From positions 1-64,000 of the forward strand of contig JAUGWO010000133.1 of assembly GCA_049724395.1 (NCBI GenBank): 64,000 bases of DNA, in the 5' to 3' direction. Positions 23,628 to 35,072 of this stretch are shown in pieces. Under the pieces are notes generated by a model. It saw only the letters and a list, made by a program, of their open reading frames with translations, was not told where the DNA came from and searched no databases. Numbering within the stretch: the first letter of the stretch is position 1; every line of letters begins with the position of its first letter. This DNA is from Spongospora subterranea f. sp. subterranea. Its lineage: Eukaryota. A program made the translations under genes and the position numbers.

Positions 23628-24977
23628 TCGTATCCCTAGGGACGTTGTAATTCAACACGGATCCAGTACATACAAGATTATCGGCATGACTTGCGATGGT
23701 TTGGATTTGCAATCATGTGATATCAAGTTCAAATCTTCCGAGACATGCAATATTGTCCTTAATCATTTTGCTTTGAAAGATTTTCAGGATTTATATGTGG
23801 AACTCCTTTTGAACAGTCGGCCCCCTATTGGTTCCAGGAAACGTCAGCACTTCCTCAAAACGTATCCTGTTCAAATAACAACATCGGCTTAACTTGCGAG
23901 GACTTGCAATCATTTGGTGCCAAGTTCAAATTTTCCGAGACATGCAATATTGTTCTTGATCATTTTGCTTTGGAAAATTTTCAAGATTTACTTCTAATCC
24001 GATTTCCCCTACTCGTTTCGCCAAAGGAACTGTACGTTTTCCCACGAGTGTCCCAGGTTGCTTTCAATCATACATATAGGTGATTCAACTTGATGACGAA
24101 TTCAAATCATTTTCGGCAAGAGGATGCGTTTGCACGGTTACATTGTCCCAATTCCGATTAGTGATCAGAATTGCATGGTGACGTACAGTTTCAGGTCCTG
24201 CCAGCGCTATGACACCAGACGGTGTCTCAACGACCAGATTGAAATGTCCTGGCCCAAAGCAGGCGATCCTTACGCATTCCCCAAGCGTCGTTCCCCGTTT
24301 TTTGCCCAACGAGTAGGAATCCGAATGAGGGCCGACACCAAGACCAAGGCCCACTAGGTCAAGGAGAAAATCGCCAGCTCGGTCGATTCCTACTCGTTTG
24401 GACAAGGATGCACGCAACAGGGATAAATGGTGAACGACGCGTGAGGAATGTGTAAAAGATCGCCTCCTTGGGCCATGATATTTCAATCTGGTCGCTGAGA
24501 CACCGTCTGACATGACGGGTGTCATAGCGCTGGCATGACCTGAAACTATATGTCACCATGTTATTCTGATCACTGATCGGAATTAGGACAATGTAACCGC
24601 GCAAGCGCATCCTCTTGCCCGATGATGATTAGAATTCGTCATCAAGTTGATCACCTATATGTATGATTGGAAGCAATCTGGGAGAATCGTGGGAAAACGC
24701 ACAGTTCCTTTGTCCAAAAGAGTAGGAAATCGAATCAGAAGTAAATCCTGAATAATTTCCAGGGTGAAATGAATGATCAAGGACAAAATGCATGTCCCGG
24801 AGCATTGGAACTTCAAACCGAAATATTGCAGGTCTAAACCATCGCAGGTCATACCGATGTTGTTGTTTGTACTGGATACGTTCTGCATTAGAACATCCCT
24901 GGGGATACGGAAGTGCTGACGTTTTCTGGAACAACGACCGAGAGGGGACCGATTGTTCAAAAGAAAGTCCACATATA
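23628..24977. repeat. Diverged inverted duplication of an unknown repeated coding-like family
   Basis: ~23790-24325 (+) mirrors ~24370-24977 (-); paired ORFs MRLHGYIVPIPISDQN/MRLRGYIVLIPISDQN; related fragment at ~62660-62730. Confidence 0.8.
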
Positions 24978-27487
24978 ACCCGCTTGGGCGCGAAATTTGG
25001 ATTCTTGGCAGGCTGTGCAAAACGAATTCCGTATCGTTGGCTGGCACCAAACTCAGGTCATGACCCTGCCTGGATTACATTGAGACTGCCCTGGGAACAT
25101 CATTGTGATCCATCTACCGCAGAGTCGAGCAGGATCCACAACTTCATTTACCATCCGACTGAGGACGAGTAGTTGGGCCAGTTTTCAACGATCAGCCGAT
25201 CCTGTGTCTGATCGAGCGACGGATCGAACAAGTCGGTGGTTAACCGGTGCAAAGTAGTGTGGTTACCCCCTAGGATCTTGATCTTTACCACATCGCCAAC
25301 CCCGGGCAGGAACTGAACTGCTCATGTTATGTAGTTAAGATCGGAACCTGAGAACCCATGTGCCGTCATTTGGACACTCCTAGGCCGTCTACAGCAATAG
25401 CATTCATTTTTTATCCAAAGCCTCCAATCTCAGGTCAACACTGGCTTTCTCAGTCTGCAAATGAGCTTGGGCGATGATCGGTTGCTTTTTCCTCTCGATG
25501 GTATCATCGACAACATGAATTCATCTGCCCGTTGGCCGCGTCGCTCGTATACCCTAACATCGGGTGTTACTGTCATCATTCAACTAATCAATGAGATACT
25601 GACCTTGATCAATTAGTTCAATTTGTTGGCTTGGTGGTGAATGATGCGATTGGCCCGGCACATTCGCTGCTTGCCCAAGCCGACTTGGGTTGTTAACTTG
25701 CGTATCTTGGGATAAGCCGGGTCTCTCAACAACACTTGTGCCCGATCAACTGGATTCAAATGATAAAACGAACAGCTTCGGTAAGTAAAATCTTAACCAT
25801 CGTGCAGTAACGGTTTTTGAGCTTCATCCAAATAAAACGGAAGTTGAAAACAGCTTGTAACATCGCAATTGTTGTGATTCCGGATTCGACAAAGCCAGCA
25901 AATCGGGCACAGATTAGTCTTAGTTCCAATTTTTTTAACTGAAGAAGACTTCCGTACTCCAAAGCTCAAACAGATAAAGAGAAATTTTACGATCAATATC
26001 CTCGACGATATGAACAAAATCATTGCCATCGAAACAATTATTGCACTCCTACAGTGAATAGTCCACCCCCAGTACTCGCGAGTAAACTAATCGGATCAAA
26101 AAACTGTACCTGAAGCCCGAAATCAACAACAGGGTAGGGCTAACCAGAACGTTTTCCGTTCATACACAGCACCATGATGGATTTAGAGTTCCTTCCATGT
26201 CAGAAATCGTTCCAGCAGAATCCCTTGTTGGCTGGATCGGTTTTAGGTCGCGCCAAACGATCAACAGCAAAACTGCCGCCCAGTCCATTTACCTTTGGAT
26301 TCAAATCCGATTCCAAGGTCAACCTACCCGCGTCCGAAGGTTTGCAGCACCATTGATCCAGTGCTCTATCTAAGCTGAATCGGGTTCATATAGTAATATT
26401 TCACTGGAAATCCCACGTTCCGAATCCTTTATCTATTCCTGGTCCTGATTACGTTCGAATGAATATTGCATCAGTCGACGATGGATATCTCACCACACAT
26501 CAGGTTGCCAACAGCAATCCATCACTGTTGTTACTTCTGGGAAAATATCGGGCTACATTTCGATAAATCCAATAGCAATTTTATAAGTTAATTTCCATCA
26601 AGCGAGTTAATCGGTATCCCATTTCAAAATTCTAACAGAGATTTGTGATCAGGTTACTGAATTTCGACGAACTCATAATATCCGATTGCGCCAAGGATTA
26701 CGACAGCCCTTGTCGCATGAGGTTCCGGCTCATCTCAAACGCGCTACGTTCGGTAGAGGCTGAACAGCAGACCCTTTGGTCCCAAATCGGGTATCTATTC
26801 ACAGTTGTTTTGAACAGGTAAACCGGGCCATCGTGGCGCCGATGTCAGCTTCGCTAGTATCATCGCCAATGATGCACATACGCTCTGGATCGAAGGGCAA
26901 CGCAGAAAAATACAGCAACGAAATCTGGAGATAAGGGTCAGTTACACATTTGAAACCCTAATTCGATTCTGGTGCAAAATTCAATTCCCATGATGTCAAC
27001 TTTAGAATCGATCAACGAGTCATGGTGGCGGTTTGCCGAGGGCCACGCGAGCTGAGATTTTACGACAGTCGTCGCGTCGATCCAAGGAGACATTGCTAAA
27101 GCAAAAATCGGAGTCAGCCCTATGGAAGATCGACCGATTCCGACAGGTTCCCGCTCGGGTATCCATCCCTCGGCCATTGTCGCGATCGGCAACATGCAAG
27201 AAACTATCGACTTCAGGATCAGACAGTATCGCTGCTACCTGATTATATTCCAGAGCAGTCTCCAAATATTTCTAACTATAGAAACATTGCTGACCTCAAT
27301 AATAAACTCAGTTTGAAGAAACAAAAATCGCGAGCTTCATGGTAGTTTTGAAAGAATTGCAGGGGGTTTTAACCAAAACCAAGATACGACAATAAGCCCG
27401 TTCAATTAGTCCTGCCACAATCAACCAGAATTTCGCCACAAGCATTTTCCGTATGATATTATTGTTTGGAATCGAATTCGAGACCTT

Positions 27488-28135
27488 TTACTCTTTTTGA
27501 AGCTCATGCTTCGCTGCTTCTACTTCCATTTCAGCTTTCGTCAACCGCTTCTGATTGGAAATGCGACGGTTTTGCGCGATTGATTCCAGGCGCGCTTGTC
27601 GACGGCATTTCAGATCGAGTAAACTGCACCGATCACCAAATTCCCAAGGGAACGCCTTCTTTCTAACGTTCAAATAGCTAAAAAGTCGATTAATTAGTGT
27701 GTCAAATCACAGTTTGCCCAGCGTGTGATAACCTAAAATCCGGTTTCCGGAAATCGCTGTGCTTATGCTGGTTCATTTCTATAAATACGTTGTAGACACC
27801 AAAAACAGCGATTGCAGGCAGACCGAAATACACTGTGAATCGCTTGAACATGGCCGTGTGGCCTGAGAATGCAACAGAGAGATCATGGGCGGGGATTAAC
27901 ATGGATAATTCACGATTTCATTTACGGTCCAGACGTGACGTGTCAAACAGCAACTTCTTCAGATCGTCTTTCTTCGACATCTTCACACCTTCGGCGAATT
28001 CGAGGCAAGCAATTGGGTGTCGGATTCAGAATTCACTGGTTGTCAGGAAATGACCGCCGGCTCTGATGGAAACCTGCGACGGGAAGATGCCGTTTTACTC
28101 GAGCCAGTGAAACTAAAGTCTGACAGCAGCGACAT
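27488..28135 (-). CDS. COX6A: Cytochrome c oxidase subunit VIa-like (COX6A/COX13)
   Basis: FKRFTVYFGLPAIAVFGVYNVF transmembrane segment, HKH, then NVRKKAFPWEFGDRCSL; basic presequence-like N-terminus. Confidence 0.65.
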
Positions 28136-29865
28136 CTTCACCCAATTAGGCAAACGGGTCTTTGACAAAACAGGTCTGTAATGTCAGGCTAGATATGGGA
28201 AATTCATCAACAGTTTGAAAAAACCTTTCCAAACATGGTTTTTTCAAAGTTTCAGGTTTTCAGCTTGAAAAACAAAGCTGTGGCAGTTGGTTAGGTATGG
28301 TACTAGACCAGCTGGAGTCAGCAAAATAACCTGTCCTGACGACCACATCGAATGGGACCAGGGCCCACCCGAATACGTTGATTATCCAGAGATATCGAGT
28401 TTACTGCAGGCAGCTCACTCTCCCACCTTCATTATGGCCATGAGGGTCAGACCTTCGTGCTCAACAGGTACTATACTCTTTTCCGTAATGGACCAACCAT
28501 GGTACCTGCCATCAACCGGGACAAACAGGAACCAATCTGAACTGGATTTATTGTCATCCTCAATTCAAATCCGCTGGGATCCCTCGATTGCGATGGAATT
28601 GTCATTGTTGTTTTCAAAAATGTTGGCTAGGTAATAAATGAGACCTGGTTTGGCAAATTGCCCTGTTAGTATACGGTATCGGAAAGATGAGTGTGATATC
28701 CCCTGATGATATAGAAAATACCCTGTTTCTCATATCGCATCTAGAAGAAGTGAACTGTGTTTGGGAAAAACAAATGGTTCTGAGTTGGGCAACGGACCGG
28801 GAAAGGTCAGAATCATATCATGAAATGCTGATAAACCAATCCTCGGCAGGCGAAGGCCAATTGTTCTATGGGATGAGTGCGCGTTTGAATCATGGGTGTG
28901 TGGCGAGTGGCGATGTAGTCGAACAGATTGCAAACGCTGGATTACCAAGTACGGTAGCTCATGAATACGACTGGGCTGTTGCCAAACCAACTGTTTGCGT
29001 AAGCGTAATTTAGATAACTCTAGCATTGGATACTGTTGGTCAAACGCAGTTCAAGATGGGATGCGTCATGTGCCCCTTCATTCCCTGGAGAGTCGCGTTG
29101 AAGAATCCATCAATTTTCCGAATGCATCGGATTTCGCCTGACCTCAAATGGTGAAGATCCCCCCCATGAGAGTTCTGTATGGCTTCACGGTGCAACAACC
29201 CGAGGATGTTTGATAAGGGGCGCTGCGATTCGTGTGATAATTCATCAATATGAACCTTGAGTAGTGCACTTGAATATTAATCGGGTAAAAAATATATCGG
29301 CCCCTTTGATATCAACTATTTATGTGCGTATGAGCCAGGGGCTGTTAGGCCGAAAGAACGCAATTCTGGGCATTGCCAGTACGAAAGGCTGAAAAAATCC
29401 AACCTTGCCAGGCGACGGGCAATCTATGGGATGAGTGCGCCTTTGATACATGGCTGTGTGGTGACGTGGCCGAACAGACTGCAAACGCTCAATGAACGCT
29501 CTCAGCATTTATCAAGCAGTACGACATCCTTTATACGATGTTGAGTAAAATCAACGACAAGTCGGATTAAAATTTCACTGAACCTAAGACCTCGCTGCAC
29601 TGACCCAGCTCCCGCGATTCTCTGAGTCGCAAACTGACTTCCAGATTAGCTCACGTTTTTATTTGTAAACTCATAAGAAGCCAGGCAGTATTACTGGCGA
29701 ATGGGGTCGCGAAAGAACAAGGTAATTCAGAAAAGATGAAATCATCTTCGTGCAATTTGGTAATGAAAAAACGTCTCCCAGTAAATATTTCTGCAAAAGG
29801 AAAAACTGGCCCGACGTCATCAATGCTGGAAAATTCTCGGGTTCAAGTGATATGTACAATATTAT

Positions 29866-31812
29866 TTATGATAATGTATCATCAGTAGAAATTGGACTGT
29901 TATCTTCGTTTTCTATGCGGCGCTTTTTGTCGACGGGGCTAACTGATCGATCCAGTCCGTAATCGGGCAGGGGAATCGTTCGAATCGCCGATAAGATGAA
30001 TCCACCAGCAGCATGCATCGCCATCAGAGGATGGGTCCGGTTCGCCATCACCTGATACTCCCGATACCAATTCTCAGACACCTGACCAAACATCAGCGCT
30101 AATCGAATCCAGCAACCACAACGCCTTCAACCTGAACCATCGACGCCTGTTTCGATTGCCGCAGCTTCAAGGCGTATTGCTGTAATGGCTCCAGATACGG
30201 GCTATAAACGACTAGCGCCCCGCCGCCACATAGTAACGGTAGGCATCGATCACTGCGTCAAAACGAAACGTAAACAACCATGAAACGTTGACAGAGACGA
30301 TGGGTGACGTGTCCCAATGTACAGACACGGTCGACTCAATATCGAAGCGAACACAAACGACCAGGGAATTGACGCCCAGTTTTAGCCAAGACTGGATCTG
30401 GTCGGAGCTATATCTAGAGGCTTAATGAGTTCGGGAGAAACGGTGATCGTCAAGCGATTCCATACCGAATACGGCGACCACTCTTATCATCAGATTCTTC
30501 CGCCGAGTATTCCGATATGGAGACGCCGGACGGATGAGTGTCAGGTTGCTCGTTCGAGAGGGCATCTGCGACAGAGCCAATGATCGTCAATGGGAAAGCA
30601 ATGACTGATTTTGCCACTAGCGTCGACTGAAAAGCGTTTTTCAGAAATAGAACATCGAAGCAAAATCAAACATTGAGGGTGTACCATGGCAAAGGAGGTG
30701 ACGCAGTCTGCAGTTTGCCCGCTCGATGTAAAAAACGGGGCGAAAACGCGGCCATACCCACCTAGTCGTTCGGCAATCGAGGCAGTCACGAGCCCAAGGC
30801 AATCATCCAAGACCAAAACCTACAATAATTCGCTTTGTTGGGCAATGAACCAGTATCACGCTAAACAGTAAACCGGCCGATCGAAAAAATTGAGACCTCG
30901 TAATAAAAATGAGCAAAGGTAAACAGATTTGTCTGCAAAGGATGAAAACTACTATGAAAACTGACAAAACTCAACGGTAAAAAAGTTGAAATACCTGAGA
31001 CATCGGCCGCAACGATGCTTTATACAAAATCATAGCCAGTGTATCTTGGCGAATTCCCATGACTTTTTCAGATTTTTTGCCGGTATACATTCTGCAAAAA
31101 CATACACATTCGAAATAAAACTTGAAATAGAACAAGCCTCTTACTTGGATATGGTCAGCGCAGATGGTCGGACGACGCGAATTTCCACCAGATGCTGTTT
31201 TCGTTTTTTCTTGAGCCATTTTTCCTGGCTAAATTCGGTTTTGGAATCAAACGTAGCGCTGAAAATTACTTCATAAATGCTTTGGCAATCTGCAGACTTT
31301 CAGTAGCAAACACACCTGTTGGAAGCCAAAACGGCGATCAACTGCTCCCCCGTCAGATTTTTTTTCAGCTCGGCAATTTCATCCTATAACGGAACCATTT
31401 CTAAAAACTTAATGATATGAAATGATACTGTGATTACTTGTGTCAGTTTCTGAGCATTATTATTGGCCAATAAGCAACTGTTATCAACACTGGGTAGGAA
31501 ATCTTGATTCAGGGTAGAATGTTGTTCCGTTATTGAGGTATCTACAGGCACCAAAGTTGTACCCTGAAGCCGGAATACACTTCCATATGGTCGACCTAGA
31601 TCAAACCGAATTCAAATCCTGACCCGGAGAACAAATGCTCTTTGAATTGAAAAACAAAAACCAGGTTTGGAAGTACCAATAATGGGATCGACAGAAACCT
31701 GTTGTCTGTTCAGGCGGAATGTGCTATCAGATTTGGCAACGATCATGGAAAAAGAATCATCCTGATTAAGAATCAAGATGCGATCATCAGGGCGCACAAG
31801 AGATGTTTCCAT
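29866..31812 (-). CDS. TRM6: tRNA m1A58 methyltransferase non-catalytic subunit, multi-exon
   Basis: NNNAQKLT, ATFDSKTEFSQEKWLKKK, GIRQDTLAMIL, VLDDCLGLVTASIAERLGG, YREYQVMANRTHPLM...GGFIL. Confidence 0.92.
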
Positions 31813-32281
31813 TGGTGCTTGCCACGACTCAGTTCAGACCAAAGACCGCCACCTGCCTTGGGTAATTTCAGGCAATTTCAGTTGCGGATCCGTACGGACT
31901 TGGCCATGACGCGAATCAAAACCCGTCCCAAGTCCATCGATATCTTTGAACCGGTTTTCAGGTGAGTTTTGATCGGCTTAGGAAAATGAGTTGTGTGAAA
32001 ATATAAAACGATGATCTTGTTTAATGCTAAAACATCAGGTTTGTTTAAATGCAATCGCGCTCCAGTAGAACATTGATCTCAAGTTTGTTCATTGGTTCGT
32101 CGTAATTGTATGTGGTGGTACCTGGTACCCACATATCTTGTTTGCCAATGCGGCATTCGAGCAAGTAAATATACTCATTGTTCGGCAACTCACTGAGCTC
32201 TGCAGTGTTGTCGGTCTGTACAACTTCGCTCATCTTTCGAAACTTCAGTATGTCAAGAATTTAAAAAAATACACATGAAAG

Positions 32282-32353
32282 TACCGCTGCCGGGATTCGA
32301 ACCCGGACCTCCAGTTCCGAAGACTGACACGCTGACCGTTGCGTCACAGCAGC
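32282..32353 (-). tRNA. tRNA-Arg(UCG)
   Basis: 72-nt cloverleaf with anticodon loop CTTCGGA and GGTTCGAATCC T-arm. Confidence 0.9.
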
Positions 32354-32770
32354 CACTTGACGATCTTTGACATGTTCGATCGCTTCTACTGGGGTTATCA
32401 TAGCAATATACATCAGTAATACACTGACCAGGATTATGCGAGGAACTCTTTGAAAATGCAGGTTATGACCTTCAGGGTTCCAATTTTTGAATTTCGATAT
32501 TAAAACAAATTTGGTCAACCATTCTGGCCGTTAAAAAACAAGACAACTCAATTGTCTTTAGTATCGGGCTTGATATGGCAAAACGAGTGTTGTCGGTAAG
32601 AGTTTGAAGTACATCTTTTGCGAAAAGATGCCCCTTTTGGAGAAGGAGTGAGAGAGAGAGAAAAAGGGAAGGAGGGAGAGATCGGAAGATAGAGAACATG
32701 TTAGTTACAAAACATGCTAGAAAAAAAAGCTAAAACATATTTCAACAGATTTCAAAAGTTGAAAAAAATG

Positions 32771-32842
32771 TACCGCTGCCGGGATTCGAACCCGGACCTC
32801 CAGTTCCGAAGACTGACACGCTGACCGTTGCGTCACAGCAGC
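32771..32842 (-). tRNA. tRNA-Arg(UCG)
   Basis: Identical to 32282-32353; T7 terminator follows. Confidence 0.9.
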
Positions 32843-33715
32843 TGCATTAACTGTTAAGCAGAGCTGGATCGCGCTATTTTTTGTTAACTTATTTAATTAG
32901 GAAGTCCATTTTTTAAACGAGGTGAATAATACTGTGGCACGGATTCACCAACGGCGACACCGCATTTCACTTGATTTTACATTAAATACCCTGTTTGGAT
33001 ACCCCCTTCAACCCGGCCTCAATTAATATCATGTGTAGCACACTATGATTCGTCTACACACTAACACACAATTAAGGTATTCAGTGTAGTCTGCATCATA
33101 CTTAAAAAGCACTAGCGTTGCTTCTGCCATTGGGATTCCTGATCAGGATGGCTTGTGCCCCGCATTGAGGAGTTTCAACCATATCGGTGCACCTTGATCT
33201 AGGGTGGATCGTGAATTTTAGGGGGTGATGTGAGTTTCAGGGGAAAATACTCTGGGAGAATTTTCTGCTAATCTTCTTGGGTAAAAGTCAAATACACAGA
33301 CTTTACTTAGAGTGTATGCCTTTTGTTCAAAAGCATATTTCTAGGAACTTGAACTGTTGGTTGAACTTAGGATTGGATCGGGCATTCTGTACTGCCTAAG
33401 TCCTACAACTGGCGTTATCACAATCGTTTACCTGTCCTGTAGTAAAGTTTCATTGTGGTTTCTCTTCTACTTTCTACATATTCGATAGCCACTGATTATC
33501 GAGCCCGCCGTCGATTGCGCGGGCCGATTGCCAGTACAAACGATTATCACAGCATCATCTTATATTAATTGAACCTTCTTATTGATTCCAGCTAACGATG
33601 TTACTTGTTTGCACATTTTAATGAACATATATGAGAATTTGCCATAAAATGATCTTACCAAGTCCCAATGGTTAGATTGGTGTAGCAACAAGCAATCATG
33701 ATGAGAAATTATCAA

Positions 33716-33787
33716 GCTGCTGTGACGCAATGGTCAGCGTGTCAGTCTTCGGAACTGGAGGTCCGGGTTCGAATCCCGGCAGTGGTA
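33716..33787 (+). tRNA. tRNA-Arg(UCG)
   Basis: Two substitutions relative to the other copies; T4 runs follow. Confidence 0.9.
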
Positions 33788-33832
33788 TGTTTTGTTTTGC
33801 TTCATGGAAGTTCCATTTAGAAAGTAATGGTG

Positions 33833-34913
33833 TCAAGTCAGTATATTATGGTTATGTTTTTGTCTTTGACTTGTTACTGGCGATAACGCAAGCCAAAATT
33901 GGTTTTCAGTCAGCATACGCCCAGGGATATCAGGGCTGGGGATTGAAATCGCTTCAAAAGCAGATGCATTGTTCTCTGTTCGCCAGAGCCAATCAGAATC
34001 TAAGCAGCGTCGGTTGAACAATAAGGCAATCTACTCTCAGCGAAAATGGATGAAACACAGCAAAACGGAGAGCAACAACATCGATAAAACTCACTACCAT
34101 TGAGCAAAACCCCATTCGACTAAACGATCTTCATCGTCCTCACATTCCTCGATATTATAAGCTGTGATAACAACACCTGTCCATTGATGTATGTTGGTTC
34201 AAGGCTCTCGTCTCTTAGGTCAATTAGAGGAGCAAATAGGTATCAAATAACCAACTCTTTGTACGAAATGCTTTTTGATAAACGAAAGAAACGACGAAAC
34301 GTATAGGTAAAAAAAACTGTGGAAACGTCTGACATGATTTGTTTCATAGATAATCGAAACAAACAAGATACACACCATAACTGCAGATAAATCTGGCGAA
34401 GGCAATCGATTCCCTCCATGTATCATATGCCCAAACTCCTGCCTAAAGATGATAGAAAAGTAAAACGCAACATGAGAAGGAAACAAACTGAATATTTGTA
34501 CCTGAAACATGAATACCAGGTGCGGGGGCGACAATTGTGCCAGTGTCGAAGGCGAATATATCCCCGAAACGAATCTGATTTCCGCAGACGGAATGTCGCT
34601 CTGATCATTTGCTGTCACAAGCAATGGTGCACTGACGCGATAATGCTTCGGTTTAGAACCGTAAAACATCAGAAAACTGAGGGGCGATTGCTTACTTGTC
34701 GGCAATATTTGGCCCAATTAACACGATCTGCAGTGAACGGTGATGGTCAATGCAGACATGATGAATCAGAATCCGAAACACATCCTTGGCGCGGGTCTGT
34801 TCACAACCGTCAGCACCGGCGATATGAATCGTCAACGGTGACGGCAGCGATGTCGGTGCAAGTCGTGATAACGCTCTAACAATTGTGTTTGAGCGAGTAT
34901 CAATGGCGCCCAT
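33833..34913 (-). CDS. MSS51/ZMYND15 C-terminal (methyltransferase-fold)-like protein, multi-exon
   Basis: TIHIAGADGCE, QIVLIGP, PPHLVFMFQAGVWAYDTW, VVITAYNIEECEDD motifs. Confidence 0.65.
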
Positions 34914-35072
34914 TTAGACCAAATAAAAAATTTGCTGCGGATTCTGAGGGGCCCGGAAAGCCGAATCAAAGCAAAAAACTTCGCAACTCGTAAAATTGCG
35001 CAAAATCGCGATGACGGAGCAAGCACCAGTGGCGAAATCGTTATTTACTAAATTACTATAATCAATATAACG

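Noticed and set aside
25050..27300. Gypsy retrotransposon relic (GHRG-like word near 26825)
   Set aside because: No RT, RNase H or integrase motifs could be verified; left unannotated.
32950..33500. tRNA-associated non-LTR element between the tRNA-Arg genes
   Set aside because: The composition is suggestive, but no diagnostic motif, tail or TSD was seen.
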